A stretch of DNA of 41,361 nucleotides. It comes from Basidioascus undulatus. Taxonomy: Eukaryota. The DNA lies in contig JTLS01000029.1 of the NCBI GenBank assembly GCA_000826855.1, positions 1 to 41,361 on the forward strand, written 5' to 3'. A program made the translations under genes and the position numbers. The notes under the pieces were generated by a model. That model was not told the origin of the DNA. It saw nothing but the letters and a program-made list of their open reading frames with translations, and made no database searches. Shown here piece by piece: positions 1 through 13,983 of the stretch; position 1 is the stretch's first letter, and the number at the start of each line of letters is the position of its first letter.

Positions 1-1044
1 GACGTTCGCTCCCGCGCATTTGTACTTTGACCGTTCTATGTCGTATTACTCTACCGTCGTTCCGAAGGCACGCTTATCGTCGTGCCATACACACACCGTT
101 TTCCTGATATTCTGAAAATGGACAGCCCGTTCAATACACGACGGCGGCCGGTTTGCGCCAGTGTGGGGCCAAACCGGCGCAGCTTCGCATTTGACTTTGG
201 CTGTAAGAAACACAGCCGCAACGTACACCAAAGTGGTGACATTCGAGGCATGCCGAGTATCCACAAGGCTGCAAGCAGTCGCCAGTGGGCAGGACGTGCT
301 GTTATTGAAGTATCTGCGGAGACACTCCTGCAGCTCACACAGCGCTCGATGACTAATAAGGACATTCTTGATGCTCTTACATCGATGGCTTCAATAAACT
401 CTACCAATGAAAAAATCAACACCCACTCGTCCCCTGCAGGCCACGCAGTGTCTTCAACGCCTACGAAGCTAGGCAAGGAGCGTCAGGTGGCAGGCCAGCC
501 AGTTCCCATCCCATATGAAGATGGAACTCAGGACGTAAGGCAACGAAAATTTGTCCCAACCGATTTCTGGAAACCCACGGTGCGGACAGAGGAAAACTCC
601 ACATTGTTTAATCTGGAACGCGGGCAAGCGAGTTTCGGAACTCGCCGTTCCATTTTTGCGTAGTTTCGACGACTCCAATTGCAGATGCCCTTGCCCCATC
701 TCCAGCATCGTCTTCGGTAAACTTGACGTCCTTTCGTCGCGACGGACCGAATGAACACTCCCAAGAGTAGCAGAGAGCAAACGAATGTTTTGCTTAACAA
801 GTGTGATCTGTTGTTGGCAGATAGAGCCGCATGTCAACTACGCGACTTGTGCTCAAACCAGCCGCCGCAGCTCAAAGTGTTGCTTTTCATGCATGCAGAC
901 TCCGCGTTTAGCACATCCATCCGAGCGCGCAAGATCATTGCACACTGTGAATCTATGGCACTTCCAGATCGCCCTTGACTGCGATCTATCATCCGTCCCG
1001 AAATAGAGATACGCGCTGACGTGCAAGACAGCCACCCGGCGCCC

Positions 1045-1209
1045 TCATCGTCTCCATCGATCACCGCCCCCGTCCCTGGGAGAGTCGTAAGAAGGTGACG
1101 CGCGCCGATAGCGCACAGGGGACGGGGAGCGGCGGCGCCGAGCGGGGTATGGCGGGGGAGAGTATGACGGCGATCGTCTGCGGCGGGGAGGCGGCGGGGA
1201 GTAGGACAT
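1045..1209 (-). CDS. Small 54-aa RS/SR-rich ORF (MSYSPPPPRRRRSPSYSPPP...); either a micropeptide or the 5' remnant of an SR/Tra2-like splicing-factor gene
   Basis: ATG at 1209 just after an acceptor (cactcag, 1237); TGA at 1045; repeated RRRRSPS/SYSPPP motifs with GC3-rich codons; no RRM exon visible downstream. Confidence 0.45.
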   Translation of the reverse strand: MSYSPPPPRRRRSPSYSPPPYPARRRRSPSPVRYRRASPSYDSPRDGGGDRWRR

Positions 1210-2251
1210 CTTACGGGCGCGGTCGCGTGTTGGTTTCTGAGTGTATAGCAGCAAACAGGGTGAGGAAGGCACACGCTGGGAAGAAGAAGGAGGGGCACGG
1301 ACAGGCCAGGCTAGGCAGGGCACGCGGGGACGTGGGGAGGATGGCAGATGTATGGGCGTATAGGTCTGGGGTGTTTAGGGTACAACCGGATGAATCAGCG
1401 TCCATCTTCCCATCACCGAGAGTAGGAAAAGCGGGGCAAATTGTGGATATCAACCAAAGGGGCAAGAAGGGACGGGTTGGAAGACGAGCAACGTGGAGTA
1501 AACGCCAAGGCAGAAAACAAGCGCACGGACGCAAAGGCGCCGGCGAGAAGAATAGCATCGTGGAGCGTGTACGATTTGAGGGTACGCAGATTGGAGGAGA
1601 GGACTCACCGGAGCGGGCGCAGGGGCAGAGTGCACGCGAGCTCGACCAGCTCGATACGGCGCGTCGCCGTGAAGCGCTTCGGCTAGACGCGTACGCGGTG
1701 GATGGCGTATACAGTCTGATTCCTATAAAACCCAAGTACTCCCCCAGATCAGCGCTCAACGCACCCAAACGCGTCCGTACGAACCCGACGCGCAGACGTG
1801 CAGACGCGCAGACGCATCTCCCAACACGCACCTCGCAAAACCTTCACTCGCGCGCAGAATCTCCGCTCTGCTCGGCGTCAGTACGTACTTCGGTAAAGAC
1901 TGTCGCGCCGCCGTCAGGAATGGTGAAATCGATGAGAACGACGAGCGAGCGCGAGAGGATGAAGGAGGTGGAGAGACCACGCGAACCAGCAGGCGATGCA
2001 GGTTGGCGGGCGCGGGGCTGACAACCTAACCACGGCAGATGACAGCGTCGTTCCTTCGCCCTGCTTTCTTTCTGTCTTTCTTGCCCTGCCCTCCACAAGA
2101 ACGAGTATCGAAGGTATATCATACGCCCCACACCTAAGCGAACGAAACGAAAGAAAGCCAAAAGCAAGCGCCGCCCCCTCTCCCTCCCCTTTCCTCCCTC
2201 CCTTCTCGCTCTCTACGCCTTCACAAACACACCGGAGCCCGGACCGACCCC

Positions 2252-4852
<2,601 letters not shown>

Positions 4853-5778
4853 CCTGCTTCCCCCGCCCAAACACCATCAGCTTCCTCCGCCCCTCCTCCT
4901 ATTCCTCCTCTTCCTTCTCCTCCGACAGTAAAGTCTACGGACGTTGCGGAGAGTGAGAGTACGGTGGCGTGGCGAAAAGGAGGTGAGGGTGATGGCAGAG
5001 AAAGAAGCCGTTTGAGAACGGACAAGGAGGAAGACTCGACGCCGCGCGCGGGAAGGGGGCGACAAACAAATGCGCTGCGGGGTGCGGCGGTGACAGTGAC
5101 TCGCTCGCTGCGTTGGTGGCTTGGTGACAACGCATTTGTGCACAGCAGGGGCTTCTGAGAGCAGAAGATAAGGTGGTTCTTGGCATTGAATATGACTCGA
5201 GGGCTCTGAGCAGAGTGAGAAGAGGGAGAAGACGGGTCAGACGAGTCAAGGGGTGTCAAATGTCAGACGTGACTGTCAAGTCACCACAGCGCGTTCGCTG
5301 CTGCTTTCCCTCCGTTCGTATCTTCCAGAGCAAATTAATCGCAAAACGCAGAGTAGCAGAACAAACGCAGAGTAGAGAACCCAACCTCCGGCTCCATCAG
5401 CCAGCTTCCGCCTTCCCGCATCTCACGTTTTCGGAGTCCCCACCCACGCCCAACCAAGGCCCTCCACAACACCCTCTCAATCCCCAACCAACCAAGCGAA
5501 AAGCATTCCATGCCCAAAACAACCAAGATTCAGCAACGAACAGCCCCTATAAAGGACACCCTCTGCTCCCTCCCTCCCCCCCTCTCCTGAATACCCCTCT
5601 CACCCCCTCTTCCTTGCAACCCAGCACCCGACCCTATGCAGCAGCAACGAATCCAACCCAAGCCAAACCGAGGGGATGAGAGGATGTGAAAGCGGGAAAG
5701 AACGAAAAAGGGAATGAAATAGAGATGGGTAATTGGAAGAGAAGGAGAAGATTGTCCGTGGATGCAAGAAGGGGCGGG

Positions 5779-7830
5779 TTACATGACGATCCTGCCGTCC
5801 CAACCTTTATCAGCACCCAACTACACAAAGAGAAGAGGTGGATAGAAGGGGAATGAGAAGAGGGAGGAACGCACCTCGGCTCCGTAATGCTAGCCGAGAT
5901 GGACTTGTGCGGCAAAACGCTCGCGCCGTTGATGTAGAGCTCATCCTTGATCGCGCAGTCGTCGCCGAGGACGGTGATGTTTTCGATGCGCGCCCACTTG
6001 CCGACGCGGCCGTTCCAGCCCTGATCCCCCACAGGCGCGGAATCAGCATCTTGCGCATCGGCATACGCATCCGCCTCTTGCCTGCTGGAGCCGGAGAGAA
6101 CGGAACAACGGGAAATGGGAAGGAGAGGGGAGAAGGAGGAAGGAGGAAGGAGGAAGGAGGAAGGAGGAAGGAGGAAGGAGGATGGCAAGAAGGCAGGGAG
6201 ACGGAGAGGAAGGGGAAAGAGGGAAAGGGGGAAGAAGTAAAGGAGCAGCGACGCACGATGATGGACGAGTGGATCCAGGAGTGGTCCTTGATGCGCGAGC
6301 CGTCCATGATGACGCAGCGCTGCAGGCGGACGCCCTTTCCGACTGTCCCATCCCACGCACACAAATGAGTCACGTCCCTCCGAACTACCAAAGGGGAAAG
6401 AGGGGAGAAGACGACGCACTCTTCACATTAGGTCCAATCACGACGTTAGGCCCGATGAGCGCGCTCTCATCGATCTGCGCCGAGGGGTCGATGATGACGT
6501 TCCCGCCGTTGATCCACTTGTGCACGCGCGGGTCGACGAGGTGCGGTGACTGGGACTGCGTGAGATGCGAGAGGTAGAGGCAGGTTCCTGGGTCGCCCCC
6601 ATTCTCATCAGTTCTCCAGTCTCTGTCTCCGGTCTCCGGGGCGGAATGGAGAAAGTAAGAAAGGAGGGGGGAACAGAAGGCAAGAAGAAAGGCAGGAGGG
6701 AGAAAGCACGCACCAGTCAAGTAATCCTTCGGCTGCCCTACGTCCGCCCAGAAGCCCTGCAGATCCCACGCATGGAGCTGCCCGTCCCTGCTCATGGGCG
6801 GGAAGACCTCCGTCTCGATGGACGTGGGGCGGAGCTCGATGCGCTTGAGGACCGAGGGGTTGAGGATGTAGATGCCCGCGTTGATGCGGTTCCCGACGAA
6901 CACCTTGGGCTTCTCGACGAAGCGGTCGATCTGCGAGGACGAGTCCTTGGTGACTACGACACCGTAGGCCGAGGGCTCGTCGACCTTGGTCACCTGGAGG
7001 GGCAGGTCAGAGGAACCCCGGGAGAAAGGGGAGGAAGCGAAGCGGCGAGGAAGCTGAAGGAAGCGAGAGAAACGACGCACCATGATCGTGCCCTCGTTCC
7101 CGTGCGCGAGGTGGAAGTCACGGAAGGCCTCGAAGGGGTACGTGCAGGTGACGTCCGAGTTGAGGACGAAGAAGGGGGAGTCTGCTCGATCGCCGAATCA
7201 CCATGAGCTTCTGTTGCTTGAACACCTGCGCGTTCGCCGACCCACCGTCCTTGCCCAGGATCTTCTCAGCGAGCTTGAGCGGACCGGCGGTGCCCAGCGG
7301 CTCAGTCTCGACCGAGAAGTGGATCTCGATGCCGTACTTGGTTTCGCCTGTTCCTTTCCCCAACCCATAAATCAGCTCGACCTAGCATCTCACAAACGGA
7401 AGGAGAAGGGGAAGAGAGGACGCACACTCCTTCAGCAAAGATACCATCACCTCCGGGCGGTAGTTGACGGCGAGGACGATGGAAGTCACGCCGGCCTGGT
7501 TCCAAAGCATAAGCGAGCGAAGGGAGGGACAGACGGGGAGAGAGGGAGGGGGACGCGCACCTTGACAAGCGCCTCGATCTGGTGCAAGATCATGGCCTTG
7601 TTGCAGAAGGGCACGAGCGGCTTGGGGAGCGTGAGGGTGAGCGGGCGAAGACGCGTGCCAAAGCCTTTTCATCCCACAGCCCCCAATTCTCAGCATTTCC
7701 TGCTCAGCCACGACCACACAGATCCCCAAACGCACCGCCAACGAGAATCAAGCTGTCCCCCCGGCCCTCATCGCGTCAATACCGGTACCGCCTCCAAGCT
7801 CCGCAGGTGAGAAGGCACGCACGCCTTCAT
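5779..7830 (-). CDS. PSA1: Mannose-1-phosphate guanylyltransferase (GDP-mannose pyrophosphorylase, Psa1/Mpg1), multi-exon
   Basis: [83 protein letters not shown]-terminal hexapeptide repeats, ends [23 protein letters not shown] (TAA 5779). Confidence 0.97.
6132..6180. repeat. Perfect heptamer tandem repeat (GAAGGAG)7 within a PSA1 intron
   Basis: Read directly; forms a pyrimidine tract on the gene's coding strand. Confidence 0.9.
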
Positions 7831-10027
7831 ATTGTATTAGGGTGCTGGGGGGTGGGTATTAGAAAGCGGCGGGTCGTAACGACAGGCGGGGTTGTATAAG
7901 CCAAATAAAGAAAAGTGCGGATGGGTTGGGTGCGGGCGGTCAGAGGTTTGGGAAGACCGGGCAAGATGGGGGTTTGGAGGAGGAGCAGCGGAGGGTGAGA
8001 AGGCACGCTGGCCAAGGCCAGCGCATCTCGCTTCTCGCTCTGCAGGATGCGGCTGCGCGTGTCAACCCATACGCGTCTCGCCACCGCATTCCATACACCA
8101 CCCGTCTTCTCATTCCAGATCCTCGCTTCCTCGCTCTCTGCGCATCCAGACTTTTCGGGTCGTACTTATTTTGCACCCGAATTCAGTAGTGTACGGGAGA
8201 CACCTTCCCAGTCAAGGCGGGCATCAACAGCAACAGAGACCCAGATGCGGCCTGTCTCTCTTTCAGCGGCAGCCCTGCGTCGCTCGAACTCTGTCGCGCC
8301 CACGCCAGGCTGTCTCACTTCGATAATCATCACGCGTCGCGTCTTCGTCTTCTCTTTTCAAAGCCGTTGCTTTTCCACGACGACGCGCCCTCAACGACGA
8401 GGCCTCAACAGTTGCGGGAGGATGAAATGGAAGCGGGGAGATCTTGTTGGGTCGGTATCTGTGCGGAATAGGAACAAGGGCGCTTTTGCGTCGCGTGGGG
8501 ATAGCCCGCAATCACGGTCGATAATATCCTTAGTGTCGTTTTTATCGCGCAAGGACCGGCGGGGCGGCAACGTGCTCCTGCAGGCTCCTTGCCTGGTGCA
8601 GCGCGCTGCTTTCGATCTCAAACATTTACTTCAAAACGGCAACCCCAGTGTGGGACCCGTGGGTGCGCCTCGACGAAAAGCTCCATCCAACGAGGGATTG
8701 CGGATTACCACGGACGAGCGCTGAGGCGGATAGATTGCGGGTAGAGAAGGTGGAAGATTGCTCGAGGATGTCGTGTTCAGCACATCGCAGATTCTTGATG
8801 AATCCCCCACCGGTAGACCGCCTATAATGTCCACGCACCCATTTATCATACATCGTAGGGCGCAGGTGCATCATCATGTCGCGTGGAATCTCATCGTTCA
8901 CAGAGCCGAGCTCTCCAGCTCCAGGGCAGAGAGTGAGCAACTCTGGAAGGACGGTATCTGTTCCGAGTGCTTGTTTCGGCAATGCGGCGGAACGTGAACA
9001 ACCGCCGACGCCGTGGATGAAAGAGACATGCTGAAACGGTGTCAGCGACGCAGGTGAGACTGCGGTTATACTTAATTATACTGCATAAGCTGATACGGGC
9101 GCGACTGGGGCCTCGTAGGGCGGCGGCGGTGTTGGCGAAGAGGAAGAAGACTCCGAAGAGGGACCTCGTTGAGCTGGTCCAGCTCGGCCTCGAGTTCGAC
9201 TGAAAAAGAAGCTCCCATTGATCGACATGCCTGGATCACATAAAAGCCTTAGGCGGACGTACCAGCTTTGCGCTCCAGAACCATTCCTCTTACTTCCTTC
9301 GCTGCGGCCATACAGACAGACGCGCTGTTTGGACGCGCAGGCTGCGGTTGGTCCCTTACATTACTCTCAAAGATCCCCGGAAAAGCACATCGAACGAGAC
9401 TGCCAGCCAGTTTCTCGAGACCTCCGAGAGCTAAGCACCTTCATTCTGTCTTTCGACAATGCTTTCTATCTTGAAAAACCAGCGGGATTGCCTTCAGGCT
9501 GGAGCAACGTCCTTTTTTTCGGCACAGGCTACGTTGGTGAACAGAGGCAGATGCGGACTCCTGCATCTAAGACGGTCAGTTGCCGTCTTTGCCATGCCCG
9601 GGACCCAAGACAAGCTCCCGAGGCCCTCTATAAACCCCTTTCAAACACTTTCGTAAAGAGCAGGCCTACTCGCGTGCTGCAGTATCCATGCAGCTTGACC
9701 TTGAGCCCCCGGGGAGTCGGCCCTCATCAAGCTGCAGCAACACACATAGCGCCGGAGGTCCCCAACCCTCTCCAAAGAACTATCTGATGTACATTCCTCT
9801 GCTCATCACTCGGGCCCGTACTGCGGTTCAGAGTGTCATCTGCAGTGCGCAACCTGCTTGCGCAGTAGTCGATTTGGTTGGGCCAGCCTATGCAAGGGCA
9901 CAATGTATCAGGCACCCGTAGATTGCTTTCCTAGTTTCCGAGAGGATATTTACCCGGGTCCCACTGTGTACCCGACATGCGTCTGTGGAACAAAAACCGC
10001 CTGAATCTCTGACAAAAAATAACATCC

Positions 10028-10111
10028 TGTCGGTGGGCGGAATCGAACCGCAATCTTGTCGGGCCTGCCCGGAACCACAACGACATGTACTGACCATTAT
10101 ACTACACTGAC
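10028..10111 (-). tRNA. tRNA-His: tRNA-His(GTG) with 12-nt intron; two stem mismatches (possibly degenerating)
   Basis: GTCAGTG-TAGTATAATGGT (A box); anticodon arm TGTCG-TTGTGG[ttccgggcaggc]C-CGACA; GGTTCGATTCC (B box); T6 terminator at 10014-10019. Confidence 0.8.
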
Positions 10112-10406
10112 ATGACGACTTGCGACCTTCAGATACATTTGATATGAAGTAATCCTAAACTCCTACTTCCAAGAGCGCTTGCCCGGTGCTTGGAAATGCA
10201 GTCCAGCCATGGCTACTGTGCAGCATGGCAATAGGAAGAAGACATCATATCCTGCAATTGCTCATAGGGGCTGTTGGCAATAAAAGGTTTCAAAATCAGT
10301 CCTAGAATGCATCTGAGCTCTGAAGTTAAGTACTCAAGGAAGCTTGGCAGGTCTTTAACCTGGCTTGGGTGATCAGATCAGTGTATGAGGTGAACAAATC
10401 TTTATT

Positions 10407-10490
10407 GGCCGCTTAACTCAGTTGGTTAGAGTGTGGAGCTAATAAGTGTTTGCAACTCCAAAGTCGCAGGTTCGACCCCTGCAGTGGCCA
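10407..10490 (+). tRNA. tRNA-Ile: tRNA-Ile(AAT) with 10-nt intron (copy A)
   Basis: GGCCGCT/AGTGGCC acceptor stem, TAACTCAGTTGG A box, TGGAG-CTAATA[agtgtttgca]A-CTCCA, GCAGGTTCGACCCCTGC T-arm, T-rich tail. Confidence 0.93.
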
Positions 10491-10940
10491 TTTATTTTGG
10501 CCATTTGTTTTGCTTTTGAATGTGGAGGGTGTATGTAGACTGTAATTTTGCTCGTCTGCATAAGAGCAGCCGAGAGATCAATAGGCCGGATGCAGCTCGC
10601 GGTCAGCTCGGCTCGGAGGTAGCTCTGCAGGCCATCACCAAGATCCAACTCAATGGGCCGGCGCACAGATCGCATGGATGATGGTCCGGGAATGAATTGG
10701 TTCTAGTAGAAAGCGGACACAAACGTATGGAGGCCAGGACCGCTTCCATGTTCCCGCTCGCTTAGTACTACTAGGCGTTCCTCCTGTTCCACCGCAGCTC
10801 CCGCGACAGTTCGGGACCTCGATGCATCCCGCAGGCACTCGAAAAGCGCTTTGTCCCTCAAAAGCTCTTTCGAGCCTCTTGCATGAAGCACCCTGTATCG
10901 CAACCTCCCAGCACCCCTTGACGCCTCATTTCATTCCGAC

Positions 10941-12204
10941 ATGCCCGTCCAACTTCCCATCGAGATCTACGGCCACATCACCGAGCAGTTGCAACTCGAA
11001 GCGGTGGACAGATTCGAGCTGGATCTGCCCACACTCGAACTAACGAAGACACTCTCTGCGCTCTGTGGCGTGAGCCGAACTATGGCGGAGCTGGCGACGC
11101 CGGCACTGTGGGCCACGATTGATACCACTGAGAAAAGCCTGGAAAAGTTGGCCCTGGCGAAGGACGGTTCCATGAAATATGTAATGTATGTACATGTGTC
11201 ACTTCTTTCACAGTCACACCGAGCAGATGAGTTCTGATGCTTGCGAGTTATAGCCGCCTGCGCGCCCGCCTCCCACGCGCTCACATCTGGCACTACAACG
11301 TATGCTGTATCATTCAGCGCATGCCGCACCTCCACCTCCTCATCGTCGTCCGATCTCCGTCCCACGCAACCGCATCTTCCCGACGCACACGGTCAGACCT
11401 GCTCGTACTCGGCCGTCGCTGCCCAAGCCTGCGCCATCTCGTCGTCGACTCTCCCTGGGCTGGGGACTTCACTTTGCCCGTTGCGCTCGACGGAAGGGCG
11501 CTCGTCTCCCTCACCCTGTCCGGACGAGGAGCCGCTAGCCCACCAGACGGCCAACGATTTCAGGCGGTTTTCAGCAGCTGTCCAAATCTCAGGATCCTCA
11601 GTCTCGGGATCGATGTGTTCTGGGGGGGCGCTACAGTGGTGAGCAGGGGTCTTTCCAGGCTTCAAATAATGATTATATTTGCCCGCGAGCTAAGAAACCT
11701 GCATCGGATCAACAGGCTCAGATAGCTGCGGCACTCCAGCACTGCACCCAGCTCGCAGTCCTCTATGTTGCTCCTTCTTACCCCGAAGCAATCGTCCCGC
11801 CCCCTCCGCCCACACCGGCCCATTCGAACTCGCAACTTCGACGAATAAAGTTGTCATCCCTCATACAGATGCTTGTTCGGGGGCTCTGCAAGCGCTTCCG
11901 CGGCTCGCCACCGTCTCCCACTCCCCCTCCATCGTCCGCTTCTGCACTCGCGCCCCCAAACAGTCCAGACCTCTTGACAGAGTCGGTTAGAGCGTCTGCA
12001 TGGGAAGCGTACCGTATTAAGGCCCTCCAGGAACGCCAACAGCAGGTGATGGAGCTCTGCGGGCTGATAAGGACGCTGCGGGTCGTTGCCATGCCGGTGA
12101 GACAAGAGGAGCAGTGGGTCTGGTGGAGATGGGTGGTAATTCGCGAAGTCAATGGTCCTGCGTTGTGGTGTACCTCCCCAACCAATATGCATGTGAGACT
12201 TTAA
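10941..12204 (+). CDS. F-box-like / LRR-like protein, apparently intact (introns 11186-11253 and 11639-11694)
   Basis: N-terminus MPVQLPIEIYGHITEQL...LSALCGVSRTMAELATPALW is typical of fungal F-box-like domains; CPSLRHL and CPNLRILSL repeats; both introns are phase-compatible and the second donor is conserved in copy B. Confidence 0.75.
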
Positions 12205-12791
12205 CACCAGGCAGCCTGCGGGACTGCCTTCCCTATCTTGTTAAGCAATCGAGCACCCCTGGAAATGTGCCAGCGGAGGTGTCTAGAGCTCTTGCAGCTC
12301 AAGTGCTGACTCACACTATATCAATAGGCCATATACATTCTCATTAGTAATTTCCAGTAGCAATTTCCGGCGGAAGAACCACCGCCAGATGGTCAGGTTG
12401 TCCTGGTTAAATGCACCGCTTTTGACAAAGCGGTATGCACCCGCTGTGCAATGCCCGCTTCGAAGCGTTCGCTTTATTCCCTTTGTAGTCCTTTCCCGTC
12501 GTCAAAACAGAACTTTGTGACTAACACCGATTAATTCGCATTTGTCAGCGTTCACGACGTCCCCAGCGGCGGCGCCGGTTGCATGCGGTGCCAGACTCCA
12601 GACCCGTTCCGCCTGTTGCCGGTTCCTGGCCCAGCAGAATGCCGTCCCCGTCCAGTTTTTGCGGAACTGTTGCCCACAGCCTTCTTTATAATAATCAATT
12701 TTTGCGTCCGCCTGTCCGCCCATGAGGCTAAGCAGGCGAAACCGTCCACACCGTCGCCGCCGAAGCTGTGGGACTGAGCTTGGTATGGGCA

Positions 12792-12798
12792 TATAAAA
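12792..12798 (+). promoter_or_regulatory. TATA box of cupin copy A
   Basis: TATAAAA about 60 nt upstream of ATG 12858; positionally conserved in copy B (TATATAAA, 33023-33030 -). Confidence 0.55.
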
Positions 12799-12857
12799 GC
12801 CCACCATCCTCCGTCGGAGGCCTCGTTCATCATTCCTCTCTTTTCAACTTCACTCTA

Positions 12858-13355
12858 ATGATCTCCGAGACGTTGTCCTCCTTCGCCGCGCCCCTGGCGA
12901 CCAGCGCAGCAGCACAGGACCTCGCCGCCCAGGTCAAGGCGTAGAACGATGCGAGTACCGCCGCAGAAAGATAGTGAGTGGGACTTTCCGAATTTAAATG
13001 TGGACCAAGCTAACGTTTTTACCACCAGTGCTGTTTTGAAAAACGACTCGGACTTCGTGTTCGACTTCCTTAATTCACCTGTGGCTGCAGTGGCGGCAAG
13101 AGGCGATGGCGGTGTCCTGGTGTGCCATCTCATCCCATATATGCGGTTCTCCCATTTGAACTCAACAAATCCTCTGAAGACATCCGCCAAAACCTCTACG
13201 GTCCCTGGCTCCTGGGAGCTCACACCGCGGTGACCGTCGGCTGGTTGGAAGGTACGCGCGATCGCTGTTCCACCACCGGCGACAGAGCGACAGACTGATG
13301 AGAACATCTCAGTCCACAGCTTGTGCCCCTGAATACGCCCCACATCCACCGTTCA
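12858..13355 (+). pseudogene. Truncated germin/spherulin-like cupin pseudogene (paralog of 31513-32947)
   Basis: Same first three introns as copy B; in-frame TAG at 12942 (QVKA*NDAST versus QVKALNDAST); 1-nt deletion near 13208; homology ends after LNTPHIH. Confidence 0.9.
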
Positions 13356-13983
13356 CGCTCAGGGAGAGGGAAGGCATCCAGAAGAAGGAGCGCCTGTGTG
13401 ATCAGGCTTGAAGGGCGTTGGGAGCTTTGGCATTGTAGCGCCGGGATGGTCGCGGGTATTGCCGTACAAGGACGTGGAATTTTCATCAATAGTAACTCTT
13501 CCTCTCTATTTTATATTGATATTATGCGCTTGGTGCAATCTCGACCCACGGTGCTTGCTGTCTTCCTCGGGCACTTAAGTGCGCCCCATCTATCCTGCAC
13601 CTGTCTTCTTGGGCATACAACAACTCAGAAATTTCATTAATGTTGGAAATTAGGAAGACCTGCGAAGCAGAACCTATCCTCCTTCGGCTGGCGGTGCACC
13701 ACACCGGCGATGTTTCCGTGAGCGCACGTTTGTTACGCAAATATCATAGCCTCTGGACAAACTGGTTTAGGGCTGCATTGTGGGCAGCGATAGCGGCCTG
13801 TCGAGCCTTCCCCGCTGACTTCCGCATCCGAAAAGGAAAGCCAACCCGCCCGTGAAGCAAAGTTTCACAAGCATGAATGATGCGTCGCAGTGAAAAGAAA
13901 GGTACATGCGAAAGAAACGTCATCATCAAAGCGCCACGACGTAGGACCCCTTCTTCGGCTCCCTCTCAGCCAAGCGCAGGAGT

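Larger units (their letters stand above)
10407..13355 (+). repeat. Copy A of a diverged inverted segmental duplication (tRNA-Ile + F-box-like gene + cupin 5' part)
   Basis: Collinear homology to the reverse complement of about 32440-35128 in tRNA, both genes, intron positions and intergenic DNA (e.g. shared aacaggctcagatagctgcg, aatgcaccgctt, attccctttgt). Confidence 0.92.

Noticed and set aside
82..663. 193-aa plus-strand ORF with a possible GTAAGG donor at 535
   Set aside because: No recognisable domain, no clear codon bias and no convincing spliced continuation
8626..9787. ORFs 8626-8982 (-) and 9218-9787 (+) as possible transposon or F-box relics
   Set aside because: No transposase/RT motifs, terminal repeats or F-box signature that I can support
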